64,000 nt of DNA, from contig NC_073396.1 of assembly GCF_028641065.1 (NCBI RefSeq), positions 16,306,001 to 16,370,000 on the forward strand, read 5' to 3'. Position 1 is the stretch's first letter, and every line of letters starts with the position of its first letter. The translations under genes and the position numbers were made by a program. This stretch comes from Leucoraja erinacea (Eukaryota). The notes beneath the pieces were generated by a model, which was given only the letters and a program-made list of their open reading frames with translations, was not told the origin of the DNA and searched no databases. Positions 10,818 through 23,957 of the stretch are shown piece by piece.

Positions 10818-11687
10818 TTAGGATAAATAAGAAAAGGGTTCAGAGGATGACGAACAAAGCTCGTTACACATGGGCAAGTGAATTTGAATGTGCATTAAAG
10901 CCATCGTGATATCTGTTTTTGAGAGACCTATGCTCTTCACTGCATTGCAACCAGATAAAGTCAGTATCAAAATTCAATATCCTGAACTAACTGGAAAGAA
11001 ATGCAAGAGTGTAGCCTTTAGGCAGAGACAATATTACAAATTAATCCAATCTGAACATTAACAATCTGAAAACATATTTTTAATTACCATCTATTAATGG
11101 GCAAAGTTGGCGAAAGCCCTTTGGCTCATCAACAAAATGAGAGGGGCAGGGTGGAAAGTGTGGCACTGCTGAAAGAGGAACCCAACAGATTAAAGTTACA
11201 AATCAAAATAATAAAAAAGGATTGAAGCAATGCCTACTTAATGCAGAGCGTAAATCTTTTTGAGCAATGTAGGTTGCTACAGCAAAAAAAAAATCAAAGG
11301 GAAATGTGTGACAACTAAGAAGGCAAGGTTTAAATTAAAACACATGGGATTTCATCAGTTCTCTTTGATTATGCACTGCAAGGAAAGGCAGATCAAACTG
11401 AACCATGAGAATAAGTCAGTTAACCCCTTCAACCATCGGATGGGAGTGATGACAGATATTTTATCACCTATCTGTTAAACATGGACTAGCTTCATATTTT
11501 TTCTTGTTAGCACAGAAGGTGCTGGTAAGGCTTAAATCTAGTCTTGAAACAACTTGCATTAATACACTGAAAAATAGTCTTGTTTCTGTTAGACACAACT
11601 ATATTGATTTCTGGGCGGTGTTAAAGTGAAGAGTGCAGGCCCAGAACATAAAACTGCCCTAAATTAGGGGCACAGTAGCAATAAAGG

Positions 11688-11960
11688 GATTGCATTTATA
11701 CAGCATCTTTCATTACCTCCGAAAGACATAAAGTGATTTGCAGCCAATTACTTTTGTTTTAAAGTAGCCACTGTTGCAGTTGTGATGGATTGTAATTTAT
11801 ACTCAGTATGATATCAAAAGAGTGATGTGATACTATTTAATGTATTTCTTATGATGTGAACCCATGTACTCCACTTTGAAAGTGTACCACAAGATGTTTT
11901 CTATCCATCTGATAGGGTAAGACTTAGTCTCAAATTAACATCTTGTCTGAAGCACTGTTC
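11688..11960 (-). mobile_element. Ancient Deu-domain SINE relic
   Basis: TTGCATTTATACAGCATC (reverse of an L2-like tail) and a decayed Deu core (..CCATCTGATAGGGTAAGAC..TTAACATCTTGTCTGAAG). Confidence 0.45.
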
Positions 11961-12220
11961 AGAGATAGAAAATGCCCCAAGGAGATATTGGCTGGACACT
12001 CCACAAACATCCCAAGATTGAAATAAAGACAACAGGAATGAGAGATTCTGAAAAGATTTACAGGATTCGTATCAGGAGTTGAACATGAGATAGTGCATTT
12101 GAGATACTTAAAATTAAAGTACTTCATCTTAGGCAATGCTTATTGATTAGGTTCTATATGTTGTGAAGATTATTCCCTTTATATAGCTGCTGGGTGCATA
12201 AATGTCTGAATAAGGACATT

Positions 12221-12496
12221 CACCGAGTCCGCGTCGTCCAGTAATCCCCGCACATTAACACTATCCTACACACACTAGGGACAATGTGTATTTTTACACA
12301 TACACCAACCCAATTAACCTACAAATCTGTATGTCTTTGGAGTGTGGGAGGAAGCAGAGGAACTCGGAGAAAAGCCACGCGGTCACGGGGAGAACTTACA
12401 AACTCCGTTCAGACAGCAACCGTAGTCAGGATCGAACCCGTGTCTCCAGCGCTGCAAGTGCTGTAAGGCAACTACTCTACCACTGCGCCACCATGC
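12221..12496 (-). mobile_element. HE1-like tRNA-derived V-SINE
   Basis: Pol III box A TGGCGCAGTGG (12480-12490) and box B GGTTCGATCC (12429-12438) on the minus strand, then V-domain CTCCCACACTCCAAAGAC. Confidence 0.9.
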
Positions 12497-12540
12497 TATC
12501 TATAGTGGGGTAGAGTCGGAAAAGTAAGTTTTAAGTGATG

Positions 12541-12785
12541 ACAGATAGAAAAACTGGAATCGCTCAGTAAGATAAGCAGCATGCAAGGAGAAAGGAATAG
12601 CCAGTCTTTCCAGTTCACGACCCCATGTCAGAAATGAGAAAAGCAAGTTTAAAGGAATGGAGACACAATGAACTACAGATGCTAGTTTACAATAAAAGCA
12701 CAGTGCCGGAGTAGATCAGTGGGTCAGGCAGCATCTCTGGAGGAGATGGAATATTGACGGATGGGACCACTCTTCAGACTTTAGG
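12541..12785 (-). mobile_element. Two decayed Penelope pLTR copies
   Basis: GGGTCAGGCAGCATCTCTGGAG.. and TCTTCAG (12771-12777) match the repeat at 27245-27367. Confidence 0.65.
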
Positions 12786-12789
12786 GAAT

Positions 12790-13300
12790 ATTGCAATGAA
12801 GGAAAGAGGGGTGAAACATGCAGATTTTTAGGACAGAAAATTTTGAGAAACATTTGGCAGCTGAAAGTTGTGGCAACCAATAGTGCAATTGTCCTCCAGA
12901 GAACCAAATTGGTGTGAGTCAAGTACCTCAGAGGATTGAAGGAAATAGATTTCAGACATAAGAAAAGTGAGTGATGGAGGGATCTAAAAAGAAAGATAGG
13001 AATTTTAAATGCTAGGTGCTGCTTAACCATGTGTCAAAGTAGGGCAGCAACAACAAATGAACACAATTGGTAGCAGAGATTTGGATGATCTGAACTCTAG
13101 GGTTTGTGTACCTGCCCAGGACCTCAGTCAAATTGAGTCATAAAAGCATGGCCAAAGGTTTTGTTTGCAGATGAAGTGAGACATGGGTGGAGTCCAGCAC
13201 AGTTTTGTTCCTGGAAATAAACCATCTTAATAATGTTGTCCCAAGCTCAGCTCAAGGCAAACTACGGCACCAAGGTTGCGAACAGTGCAGTCAGTAATTG
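12790..13300 (-). mobile_element. Highly degenerate L2-like LINE
   Basis: Purine-rich plus strand with ATGGAGGGATCTAAAAAGAAAGATAGGAATTTTAAAT, the reverse of an L2 ORF2 C-terminal region; similar relics at ~7400-7700 and ~14350-14650. Confidence 0.4.
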
Positions 13301-15109
13301 TGATTATACCACAAAACAATTTGGAATATTCTGAACTGTGAAAGGTGCTGTATACATCAAGATTATTTCTTGCTTCTTTCATCACATCACAGTGGAATTC
13401 AAGGTGAGACTGATACAACGGAGAAACCAATACACTTCTAATTACATTGAAATCAATTTACAGGGAAAGTGATAACTCTTTGGTAAAACTCTCATAAACC
13501 TTGTTGTTTATCTCCCCAATGACTTAATCATTGAGGAGAGGTCTACTTTTCTTGATTATTATTCATCCATCACAGTTCATCCAGTGCTGGTCTCCAGTTT
13601 CCCACTTTTGGCTGTGACTCCTCATTAGTTAATATCTCAAACACAAACACTAGACCACAAAGCTCCCCTTAAAGGCACATCTGTCCTAACACTTAAAAGC
13701 ACATATACGAGCAGGAAAACACAATTTGCTACTTCAATTTCAAAATGCATTTCTTTCCTTTCCCTCTACAATTATCATGAGACAATTATGTAACTTCCAA
13801 TCCAATTATAGCATGCTAAATTCATTCAAATATGCAATCGGCATTAACATCAACCTAGTTAAATCATGATGAAACACAAGAAGTCTTGTTTTTATCCAGG
13901 CTGGGTTAAAACATCTCAAATAGATGGATGTTCTGAATAAAAGAACAGATGTAAGCAATCGGTTGTCTTATAAAGGCATTTAACTTAAGATAGAAATAGT
14001 TTATTTGACATAGATATGTATAAATGCTGTGCAGAAGGAATCACTGTTGCTATTATTGATGCAGGTAAAAACAAAAGTGCCACTCAGAAATGGACAGTAC
14101 AACCAGGTGAAATTAAAGGGGATAACTCCATGGCTGGGGCATCATGAGCAGACACTTCTCTCTGCTGCCATATCCTCTTCCAATAGGCTTACCATGGATC
14201 GCAGTTTAACTGAATGCAATAGATTGTAATTGAAAAATTCACTCTTAATCTTTTAATTCAAAGTTTGTTAATGATTTTTCACTGGAGGCTCATTATTTCT
14301 GACTGAAGCAGAATCCACATCCACTCATCTAAAGAACGACACAGACGTATACAACAATTTGCATTTAAATAGCATCAGCAGTGGTGAAATATCCCAGGGC
14401 CATTGCAGGAGTCTTATCAGATAACATGACACCAAACTATATGAGGTATTGAATCAGCGGGCAAAGTTTTGCTGAAAGAAATATCTTAAAGAAAGAAAGG
14501 CTGAAATAGGATTTCCAGACCTTGAATGACATGAATGTCTAAAAACAGCCAACTCAAACATACAGATAAAGCCAAATCAGAGGAAGGCAAGGATCGTGAA
14601 TGAGTGGCTGAGAGAGGGAGGGCAAAGATCACTATGAGACTTGAACACAATCTCATAGTTGGTTAGTCCTGGATACATTTCCGGAGGAGCTTTCAAAACA
14701 ACGATAGACTATTTGGTCAGTTAAGCTCTGTGGGCAAAAGATTTGCCAGACATCTGTCTTCAAAACAGATGCGAATCTAGACATTCCACCGTGGCTCAGT
14801 AAATCCATAGATATAGAGTTTAATTTACACTCTTTGTTTCTTGTTTGTCATTTTTAGGGAGCTTCATGTTACTTTTATCGAGGTGGCTGCAAAAATTCTG
14901 CAGCCCAATTCAGACCAATTTAATTGTGCCTGTTTGACCTTCACAGTTAGTAAATGTAATCCATAATTTAAAGCTTCAGCCCAGCAGTCTGATGAGTATT
15001 TATTCTTCCATTATCCAATGCATCAATTTTGTGAGCAATTACAGCACTACCTTTCTCTTCATGCAGAAAATGAGGAATCACTTAAACAGATAAATCCTTT
15101 CTCGCACAA

Positions 15110-15575
15110 CTTTTTTTTCCCACTCCCCTGACCTCCGTTCCCCACTTCTATCCGTCTGCTCCACCTGCCTATCGCCCATCTTTGTCTGCTCTGGGTCCCC
15201 CATTTTCCTTTCCCTTCCACCAACATCCTCCCCTCTGGTGTAACATTTAATTCCTCGCCTACCTCTCTTATCAAATTCCCCCATTTGCCACTCTTTTGTC
15301 CTCCTCTCTTATCACATCCAACCTGTATTACTGTCTCTACCCATCTCTTCCCCCACCTGACTCATCTGCTGATTAACCCCACCTTATTTGGATCATTTGC
15401 CAGCTCTTGCCCCACTCCTTCCCTCATCCCTCTCCATCCACTTTCTCCCCTCTACTCCACCAGAAAGATTCCGACCCAAAATGGTGTCAGTCATTATGCC
15501 TCCATAGATCCGCTGATTCCTCCAGCAGTTTGTGTTTTGCTCAAGATTCTAGCATCTGTAGTCTCTTGTGTCAAT
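15110..15575 (+). mobile_element. Old Penelope-like 3' region with decayed pLTR
   Basis: Pyrimidine-rich 3' region, then GATTCCGACCCAAAATG..CCTCCATAGAT..CTCCAGCAGTTTGTG..GCATCTGTAGTCTCTTGTGTC. Confidence 0.55.
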
Positions 15576-15773
15576 AGATCATATGTTCACGGTTTAAGTG
15601 AGAAGTTATAATTAGTCATGTTATGCTGCCACAGACACTGTGACCATGGGAACTGATTGGTAACATTGTGGCTGCTAAGACAACGTTTATTATTTAGTAA
15701 AACCTATTTTGAAGTCCTTGCAGAGGCTCAAGCACTTTGTATCTTCTACTGAGGCCTGTACAGGAGTCAGTCA

Positions 15774-15985
15774 TAGACAATAGACAATAGGTGCAGGAGT
15801 AGGCCATTCGGCCCTTCAAGCCAGCACCATCATTCTATATGATCATGACTGATCATCCCCAATCAGTACCCCGTTCCTGCCTTCTCCCCATATCCCCTGA
15901 CTCCGCTATTTTTAAGAGCCCTATCTAGCTCTCTCTTGAAAGCATCCAGAGAACCTGCCTCTGCCGCCCTCTGAGGCAGAGAATT
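15774..15985 (-). mobile_element. CR1 3' end
   Basis: NSLPQRAAEAGSLDAFKRELDRAL..GYGEKAGTGY; (CTATTGT)n tail. Confidence 0.9.
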
Positions 15986-17213
15986 TTGGAGAATCTTGAT
16001 CAGGCCCTTAAATTGAGCACTAGACAATAGCGAAAATATTTCTTCTTTCATGGAGCCTAATTTTTGTATTTATTGAGATGCTCGATAAAGAGACAATTTA
16101 TTCTGTTCCATTCTTACACTCTGGAACTGCCTCAACCAATACTTCCAAGAGAGAACATTTTAATAATCTGCCAAACTGTCAGTGTAAATACCTACCTTCG
16201 AGACTCACTGACACTGTAAATATATATTTTTAATTGGCAGGTCAAGAAAGATGAAGCAGAAGTGTCTCCGTCACTGATGGTTAGCAGTCTGCTGCATGCT
16301 GGCACAGATAACATTGATTCATATTCATGTTAATATTCAGAGTGCCAAAAGTCAAGAGAGCCAGAAATCGAAGTGAGCTCTCTGACAACTTTTAAAAATA
16401 TGTAACCAAAAGAAATAGGCCAACTCACAAACTCAGCTTTAACTCCTGCTGAATCGACTTATGATATGTTACAATCGATTAGAAATATCAGAAGTCTCTT
16501 CACTTAAAATATGTAATTAGGTACTTTTCTTGTTAGATTGGCTCATGTTAAAATATAATTATAATAAGAGAACTATTCACTTAATGGACTTTACTATAAC
16601 TTAGTGGCAAATTTTGTTAGAATCTTTGTTTCCTCCTTAGTGTGAAGGTACCCAGTGGGTAGAAAGTAATGATAATTATATATGTTTTCTAATGGGTCAG
16701 AAACTCAAAGCACTGGCAGAATAGCAACTTTTAGATTCAGTCTTAAACCATGCAGATTATCTGCCCGTTTGATTATCCATTCACCAAATGTGGATGGCAT
16801 GGTCAGCATTTAAAGTCTACTGCGAGAAGCATTGGACTTGACTCACTTGCCAAGTCATTTCAACCATATTGCTGGGGATTGCAGTCACAAGTAGACTGGG
16901 CCAGGGCAGCAGATTTCCTTCCCAGCAGGAAATTGTGATGAAATCAATGGTGTATTTGACAACAATTCACAAGCTTCTTAGTCACCATTTTTGATAACAG
17001 TTTTCTACATTTCTGAATTTATTTAACTAAGCTGTATTTAAATACCCAAACTGCCAAGGTGCCATTGAACCCATCTCCGGATTAGGCTTCTGATTGGGAT
17101 AAGCCAATACCATTCCTATGGCACCATGCACAGTCTCTGAATGTCCTAGAGTGGCTAAGACCAGGCAGTGGTGTCTTTTTTGAACACTCTCAATTTTGCA
17201 ATAGAAGAAACAC

Positions 17214-18056
17214 AGTAGCCAACAACTGCACCTCCACTGACTCCTCTGTCAAGCTTCTGAAGTTTGCAGATGACACAACCCTGATTGGACTGACCCAGGA
17301 TGGGGAGCAATCTGGCTACAGACAAAAAGTGACACAGCTGGCATCCTGATGCCTTCGTAACAACCTGGAACTCAATGCTCTTAAGACAGTGGAATTGATA
17401 GGAGACTTTAGGACCTATCATCTCCAAGGACCTTAAATGGGGGGCCACCATCGACTCCACAGTCAAAAAGGCGCAACAGAGGATGTACTTCCTGCGGCAG
17501 CTGAGAAAACACAATCTGCCACAGGCAATGATGGTCCAATTCTATACTGCCATTGTAGAGTCTGTCCTCACCATCTCCATCATGGTCTGGTTTGGCTCAG
17601 CCACCAAGCACAACGACCGGAGGCTGCAGCGAATCGGTTGATCAGATGAGAAGGTTGTTGGCTGCAACCTTTCCCCCATTGACAAACTGTACCCTGCAAG
17701 GGCCAGGAAGCGAGCGGGTAAGATCATCTCTGACCCTTCCCACCCTGGCCACAAACTCTTTGAAGCACATCCCACCGGAAGGCGACTCCGGACCGTTAAA
17801 GCCGCCACAGCCAGATATAAAAACAGCTTTTATTCCACGACCAGTAGCTCTACTCAATAACCAAAAGTCTGTAGCCTCCTTTTGCTCTGGTATTTTATTT
17901 AATTCACATGTTTAAACTATAATGTTTTATTCTTAATGTTTTATGTTTTATTCTTAATGGTTTACTGTATATCGTGTTGTTATTTGCGAGCGGAGCACCA
18001 AGTCAAATTCCTTGTATGTGTACATACTTGGCCAATAAATTTATTCATTCATTCAA
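17214..18056 (+). mobile_element. Rex1/Babar LINE 3' portion with internal deletion
   Basis: KLLKFADDTTLIGL, NNLELNALKTVEL, KKAQQRMYFLRQL, DPSHPGHKLF; ends GGCCAATAAATTT(ATTC)n. Confidence 0.92.
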
Positions 18057-19092
18057 TTAATACATTCAAGATCCCACAAACAACAATGAGGTGCGTGACT
18101 GGGTAATGATCGAGAAGATTGAACATATTAATATCAATTGGTTTTAATATTGATAGGGGTGTTAGATGAGATAAATTCTGTTCTCTATGGGTCATAAGGT
18201 ACCCAAATCTGGCGGTAGTTTATCTCAGTTAAGAAGGGAATAGAATTCCTTCAACTAGTTTCAGCTATTCCATTCATTTCCATGGCCAACTAGGGGATCT
18301 TCACTGTCTCTACCCATAAAAAAAGAATAGGCACTTCCATGAAACATACATTCGTGCTTGCAGAACCGTATACCACTAAATGCCATCACCTTTGGCAGAA
18401 GGGGTTTAGGGCAAGAAAATAGAGGGGGAAACAAATATATGCAGTAGGATGCCAAGATGTGCTCAAAATTGTAGACCAAAGGTCTCTTCACCATGCTATC
18501 TGATTTTTTTTCTTTTCATTTTATCTCACATTATAGGCTTTAGCAGGATAAAGAATAAGGCCAAGACTGAGGAGAAACTCAGAAACTCACAACCAAGGTT
18601 ATCCAATTAAAAATATATCTATGTTCACAGTCTCCTGGAACTTCACCTGCCAATGTCATGTCAGGGGAAAAAACATCATACACAATGTGTGCTTCTTTCC
18701 TTCCAGCCTGACTGGTTCAGCTTTTCCTGAATTTTCTCTTTTGATTTCTGCTATATCGCACATGCTTCCCTCTTTCTTATTCATGTGAAACCAGGCAATG
18801 AAACTGGCATTGCATTTGAACAATGAGAATATAAAAATAAATGAATCCGGAACAGTCACTTCTATGCACACCGAGACTCTACCCCTACTGTAATCCAAGA
18901 GAAAGGAATTCTGTAATCAGGCAACCTTTAGTTCTTCACAGCCAATTACTCAGTGGACTGGACCCAGTAGTAAATCAGAGGATCTGAAAAACTAACGTTC
19001 CAAAGATAAATGTACGCATGATCCACTGGAATCACCACCCGTGCATATCAAACCAACCAACCACTGCAGCAAGCAGTTCAGACAAGAACAGA

Positions 19093-19226
19093 CAGTCTGA
19101 AGAAGGGTTTCGGCCCGAAACGTTGCCTATCTCCTTCGCTCCATAGATGCTGCTGCACCAGCTGAGTTTCTCCAGCATTTTTGTGTACCTTCGATTTTCC
19201 AGCATCTGCAGTTCCTTCTTAAACAC
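19093..19226 (+). mobile_element. Solo Penelope pLTR-derived repeat, young subfamily
   Basis: Nearly identical to the arms at 8596-8871; begins at the CTGAAGA motif. Confidence 0.85.
19097..19124 (+). ncRNA. Putative minimal hammerhead ribozyme core
   Basis: CTGAAGA-A-GGGT TTCG GCCC-GAAAC-GTT: CUGANGA and GAAA boxes, 4-bp stem II with UUCG loop, palindromic ACGU stem III, NUH triplet. Confidence 0.55.
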
Positions 19227-19574
19227 TTTATCTACCATATCAGACTGCTAACTACCATTAACCTGCCACATGAGAAAATGCCATTTTTTAAAGTGAGGCA
19301 AGATTTTTGTTTGACTTGTTTGAATAGGGTAAAGTGAAACAAGTCGGTAAAAAAAACTGTTACTTAATTCTGTTTATTTTTCAGTTCAACAACCGGATGC
19401 ATCCTTTACCAAAGCAGTAGTGTAATTTATTCATGTCTAACTGGCAAAGCAATGATAGCACTACTTTACACATAAAGAAACCTATATCAACCCCTATTAA
19501 AAAAATAACTGATATTTATGTAAAATTCTATTGTCTATTTTCCAGGATAAAGCATTTTAAAGCATTTTTTTTTA

Positions 19575-21035
19575 AAACAACAACTTAAAGCAAATTACAT
19601 TGTGGCTGATGTAATGTACCAAAAGCACCAGTCATTCACCAAGCACCCAGCAATGTGATAATGATTAAATCATCTGTTTTAATAATGTGCAGTGAGAAAC
19701 GGGCAGGATACCAAGGTCATTTCTCATTATAGAAACATAGAAACATAGAAATTAGGTGCAGGAGTAGGCCATTCGGCCCTTTGAGCCTGCACCGCCATTC
19801 AATATGATCATGGCTGATCATCCAACTCAGTATCCCGTACCTGCCTTCTCTCCATACCCCCTGATCCCCTTAGCCACAAGGGCCACATCTAACTCCCTCT
19901 TAAATATAGCCAATGAACTGGCCTCAACTACCCTCTGTGGCAGAGAGTTCCAGAGATTCACCACTCTCTGTGTGAAAAAAAGTTCTTCTTATCTCGGTTT
20001 TAAAGGATTTCCCCCTTATCCTTAAGCTGTGACCCCTTGTCCTGGACTTCTCCAACATCGGGAACAATCTTCCTGCGTCTAGCCTGTCCAACCCCTTAAG
20101 AATTTTGTAAGTTTCTATAAGATCCCCTCTCAATTTCCTAAATTCTAGAGAGTATAAACCAAGTCTATCCAGTCTTTCTTCATAAGACAGTCCTGACATC
20201 CCAGGAATCAGTCTGGTGAACCTTCTCTGCACTCCCTCTATGGCAATAATGTCCTTCCTCAGATTTGGAGACCAAAACTGTACGCAATACTCCAGGTGTG
20301 GTCTCACCAAGACCCTGTACAACTGCAGTAGAACCTCCCTGCTCCTATACTCAAATCCTTTTGCAATGAAAGCTAACATACCATTCGCTTTCTTTACTGC
20401 CTGCTGCACCTGCATGCCTACCTTCAATGACTGGTGTACCATGACACCTAGGTCTCGCTGCATCTCCCCCTTTCCCTATCGGCCACCATTTAGATAATAG
20501 TCTGCTTTCCCGTTTTTGCCACCAAAATGGATAACCTCACATTTATCCACATTATACTGCATCTGCCAAACATTTGCCCACTCACCCAGCCTATCCAAGT
20601 CACCTTGCAGTCTCCTAGCATCCTCCTCACAGCAAACACTGCCCCCCAGCTTAGTGTCATCCGCAAACTTGGAGATATTGCCTTCAATTCCCTCATCCAG
20701 ATCATTAATATATATTGTAAATAGCTGGGGTCCCAGCACTGAGCCTTGCGGTACCCCACTAGTCACTGCCTGCCATTGTGAAAAGGACCCGTTTACTCCT
20801 ACTCTTTGCTTCCTGTTTGCCAGCCAGTTCTCTATCCACATTATCGTCTTCAAAAGTGTGCATTAAATCTTTTGCCTCCATCAAAGAGAGCAGACAGGGG
20901 CTTGCTTTAATGTCTTGCACAAAAGATAATATCCCCATCAGTTAGCACTGGAATGAAGCCTAGATCTTTGTGCTAAAGTTGTTGGAGTGGGAAAATTACA
21001 AACTTTTCATTCAAAGGCATGAGCTCTTCCCAATA
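19575..21035 (-). mobile_element. Ancient Deu-domain SINE relic split by the CR1 at 19730-20842
   Basis: Right part GAGAGCAGACAGGGGCTTGCTTTAATGTCTTGC..GCACTGGAATGAAGCCTAGATCTTTGTGCTAAAG..GGAGTGGGA matches the reverse Deu core and head; left part matches the SINE 3' half. Confidence 0.55.
19730..20842 (-). mobile_element. Young CR1 LINE, 5'-truncated, RT C-terminal half
   Basis: [46 protein letters not shown]; (TTTCTATG)n tail at the left end. Confidence 0.96.
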
Positions 21036-23085
21036 TGATTACTTTATGTGAGTTGATTGCACATTTGTAATAGCCACCACTGTTTTTAGCAGGCTAGCTT
21101 CTGTGAGCTTAATTTGGGCCATATAAAATAGCACAATATGCCTGAGGAACCTCGTTTATGCCGACTCAAACTTGCCAAATGAGTCAATCTTCCCAATACC
21201 AATTCTTACTTAATTGACTAGGTAACACTGTACCAGTAGCTGAAATGTTTCCCCCACCCTGACCTGGGGTCCATGGCAACACTTAAAGCCAATTCATTGT
21301 TCACTCCTCTCTGTATGAAGGATAGCAAAAGAGGTGTCAAAAAAAGGCAAACCATCTGTTGTGCTTCTTTTTAAGAGATAATTTTAGCATCTTTCATTTC
21401 TCTGTTAAGCAATAGCATATGTGGAAAAACAATTTCAAAATTGTTGATTCCGATATTGGCATCACAATTACTGTATCTTGTGGAAGTTTTCAAATATAAA
21501 GGGTGTTGTACCAAGTTTTATCGATGGGTTTTCACAGGAATGCAACAATGACATGGTCCATGTCAAATTTTGCCAAATGTACCTTGGAGTTTTTACTCTC
21601 ATATACATTGGAAACAAGTCATTGTCTTAAAATTATAGTGCACACATTGTTGCAACCAACCAAGATTAAGGTTTGGATATTCCTATGTTCTTTGAGCTTC
21701 TAGCAAGTAGCTATATCTGGACATGCACCAACTGGTCTTGATGACAGTGAGAAAGGTGCTTCTGAAGCCAGGGCTGTGGCGTGAAATTCAGGGAGTGCAG
21801 AAAACAGAAAGAGGCAATATAAGAAAACTTCAGATCAATTTTAGAAAAAAGAAAACACCTGGGCATTTTGAAAAGCATATTCAGCAGTGAAAATGTAAAA
21901 CATTTCTACTGACTGCTGAAGTCCTGTGATATCTTTCAAACTGTAGATTGGAGCCATCACTGTACAAGCTGTACTGTCATCTAGGCTGACATGAAAGAAA
22001 CCCACACAATGTCTGTGCTGAATCTCATTTCTATTACCCAGCACAGCCCACAGTGCTAACAGCAGACTCTTGTCCACATTCACGATACGGGAAAGACAGT
22101 GTTATTGTATTTTAACTGAATTTAAATTACATGTAATAACCTTTTGCACACATCTTCTTGCATGCATGCAAGAAAGCACATCATCGCCAAATATTTAAAA
22201 ATTTAATTTCAATTTTTAGGGACTTTTATGTACTGAAGGAACTTATCTGTGCATGAGGCTGACTAAGCCAGAGACTGGAACATTTTTTTTCACATCACAG
22301 CCATTGACAATATCAAATAACTCGCAAGTCAGACAAATGTGTTGTTCCTCGTGTCTAATAACAATTTAGCATCGATTGCAAAGATCATCCCTCTTGAACC
22401 TATATTGCTTATCCCATTTCTTATTTGCACTATCCTTAATCATCTTTAAAGGTAGATTAATTAATTCTTAACCCACAAATGTGCTGCTGCCTGTAGTCAC
22501 CGCTCCTCTCATCAATATCATTATTGAATAGTTGACGATAAACAAAATTAAATCCTTGCGTTATTAACAACCAAGTCTTGTCTATGTTACAATGAGAGCA
22601 TTGATTGTTGGAGGACTCTACAACAGCACTCGGCTGGAAAGACTTTACCAGTTGGCCGTTGTTATAATTTCCAAGGCAGCATATGTCATCTACAGTTGCC
22701 AGCAAATCTGGCACATTAACAGTATCTATATCTAGAATGAGTTTAATGTGAAGCAGGGAAGAATAGTAAAAGAATCTAAGAGTAACAATATAGTTATGGC
22801 TAAACAGTTTTAATGAAGTATTTAATATGATGTATATGGTTATAACTCACACCTCCAATTCAGTAAACTGTGAAATCTCATCCTGTTCTAGAAACCCAGC
22901 ACATGGTTCTAGGCCAGCACAGCCAGACAGGGCTGGGGAACTACTGCACAGCCAGATGCATCATCTTTCTAATGAGGTAGTTAACAGTTTTCCCTCTCGG
23001 GAAATGGTCTGGGCACCATTTCGCAGAAAAGATGACAAGTTCCCTCCAGTATATTTATTGTGCAGGTAATGTAGCTGTAACAGTG

Positions 23086-23957
23086 GGTCGCCGTTGTGTA
23101 TGGCTGCTCTGCCTGCAGTCCGTCCTTTCACCCTTTTTAAATTTTATTTTTAGTCCTGTTAAAAAGAAAATGTTAGTTGGAGGTCTTCTTTTATGTGGTG
23201 GGTGGGGGGAGGGGAAGGGGGAAACTTTATTTCCTAGTCCTACCTGGTCGGAGAGGCGGCTTCCCTCCGAGCTGCTTCTTCGGCCCTTCCTCGCGGCCTA
23301 CCATCGGACTGGAGCGGCGTCTCTTGTCGGGACCGGCCAGAACCCCAGCTTCGGCGGCGGCGCAGCACTGAAACACCGTCATGGAGCGGGCGATGCCTTA
23401 CCGGGTCGCCGTGCGGTAAGCTCCGGAGTGCTGTGACCGCCGACTCCAACATCAAGGAGCTGCGGTCTGCGGAACATCCAGCGGTGCTGGATTTAAAACA
23501 CCGTGGAGCCTGGGATCTCTCGCCGAGATCGTCAGAGTCCGAGCTCCAACCAGCGCGGCCTGTGGACATCGGGAGCCGCGGTCTCTGGCGAGGTACTGGC
23601 TCTTCCAGACACTCCAAGCCGCTGAGGAGTGTTTCTCCCGACGCCGGAGCTCCATCATCTGGCAAGAGGGCCTGAAAGCATCAGACTGGCTGCGGAGGCC
23701 ACAAATAGGCCCCAACCTCGGTGATCACAGAGGAAGAGGACTTAACTTTCTAGTGCCTTTCCCCACAGTGGAACATTTTGATTCTGCTGTGGGGGACGTT
23801 CATGTTAAATCCTATAATGTGTTGTGTCATTTTTCTTTTGTTAATTTTTCTATGGATGTACGGAAACCTAATTATTTCTTCTATGTAAAGCACTTTGGTT
23901 TCAACGCAAGTTGATTTAAACGTGCTATATAAATAAAATGTACTTACTTACTTACTT
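23086..23957 (+). mobile_element. CpG-rich non-autonomous retroelement with L2-type 3' tail
   Basis: GC/CpG-rich body with no credible ORF; ends TGTAAAGCACTTTGG..GTGCTATATAAATAAAATG(TACT)n; 5' boundary approximate. Confidence 0.7.

Noticed and set aside
10579-10818. Mirror-image ORFs on both strands, each starting MPLSHLGNLNGSL
   Set aside because: A direct consequence of the palindromic MITE
12420-12496. tRNA gene
   Set aside because: The A and B boxes belong to a SINE head that continues into a V-domain; no complete cloverleaf
23032-23715. Overlapping ORFs of 64-141 aa
   Set aside because: Expected from stop-codon scarcity in GC-rich repeat sequence; no family motifs
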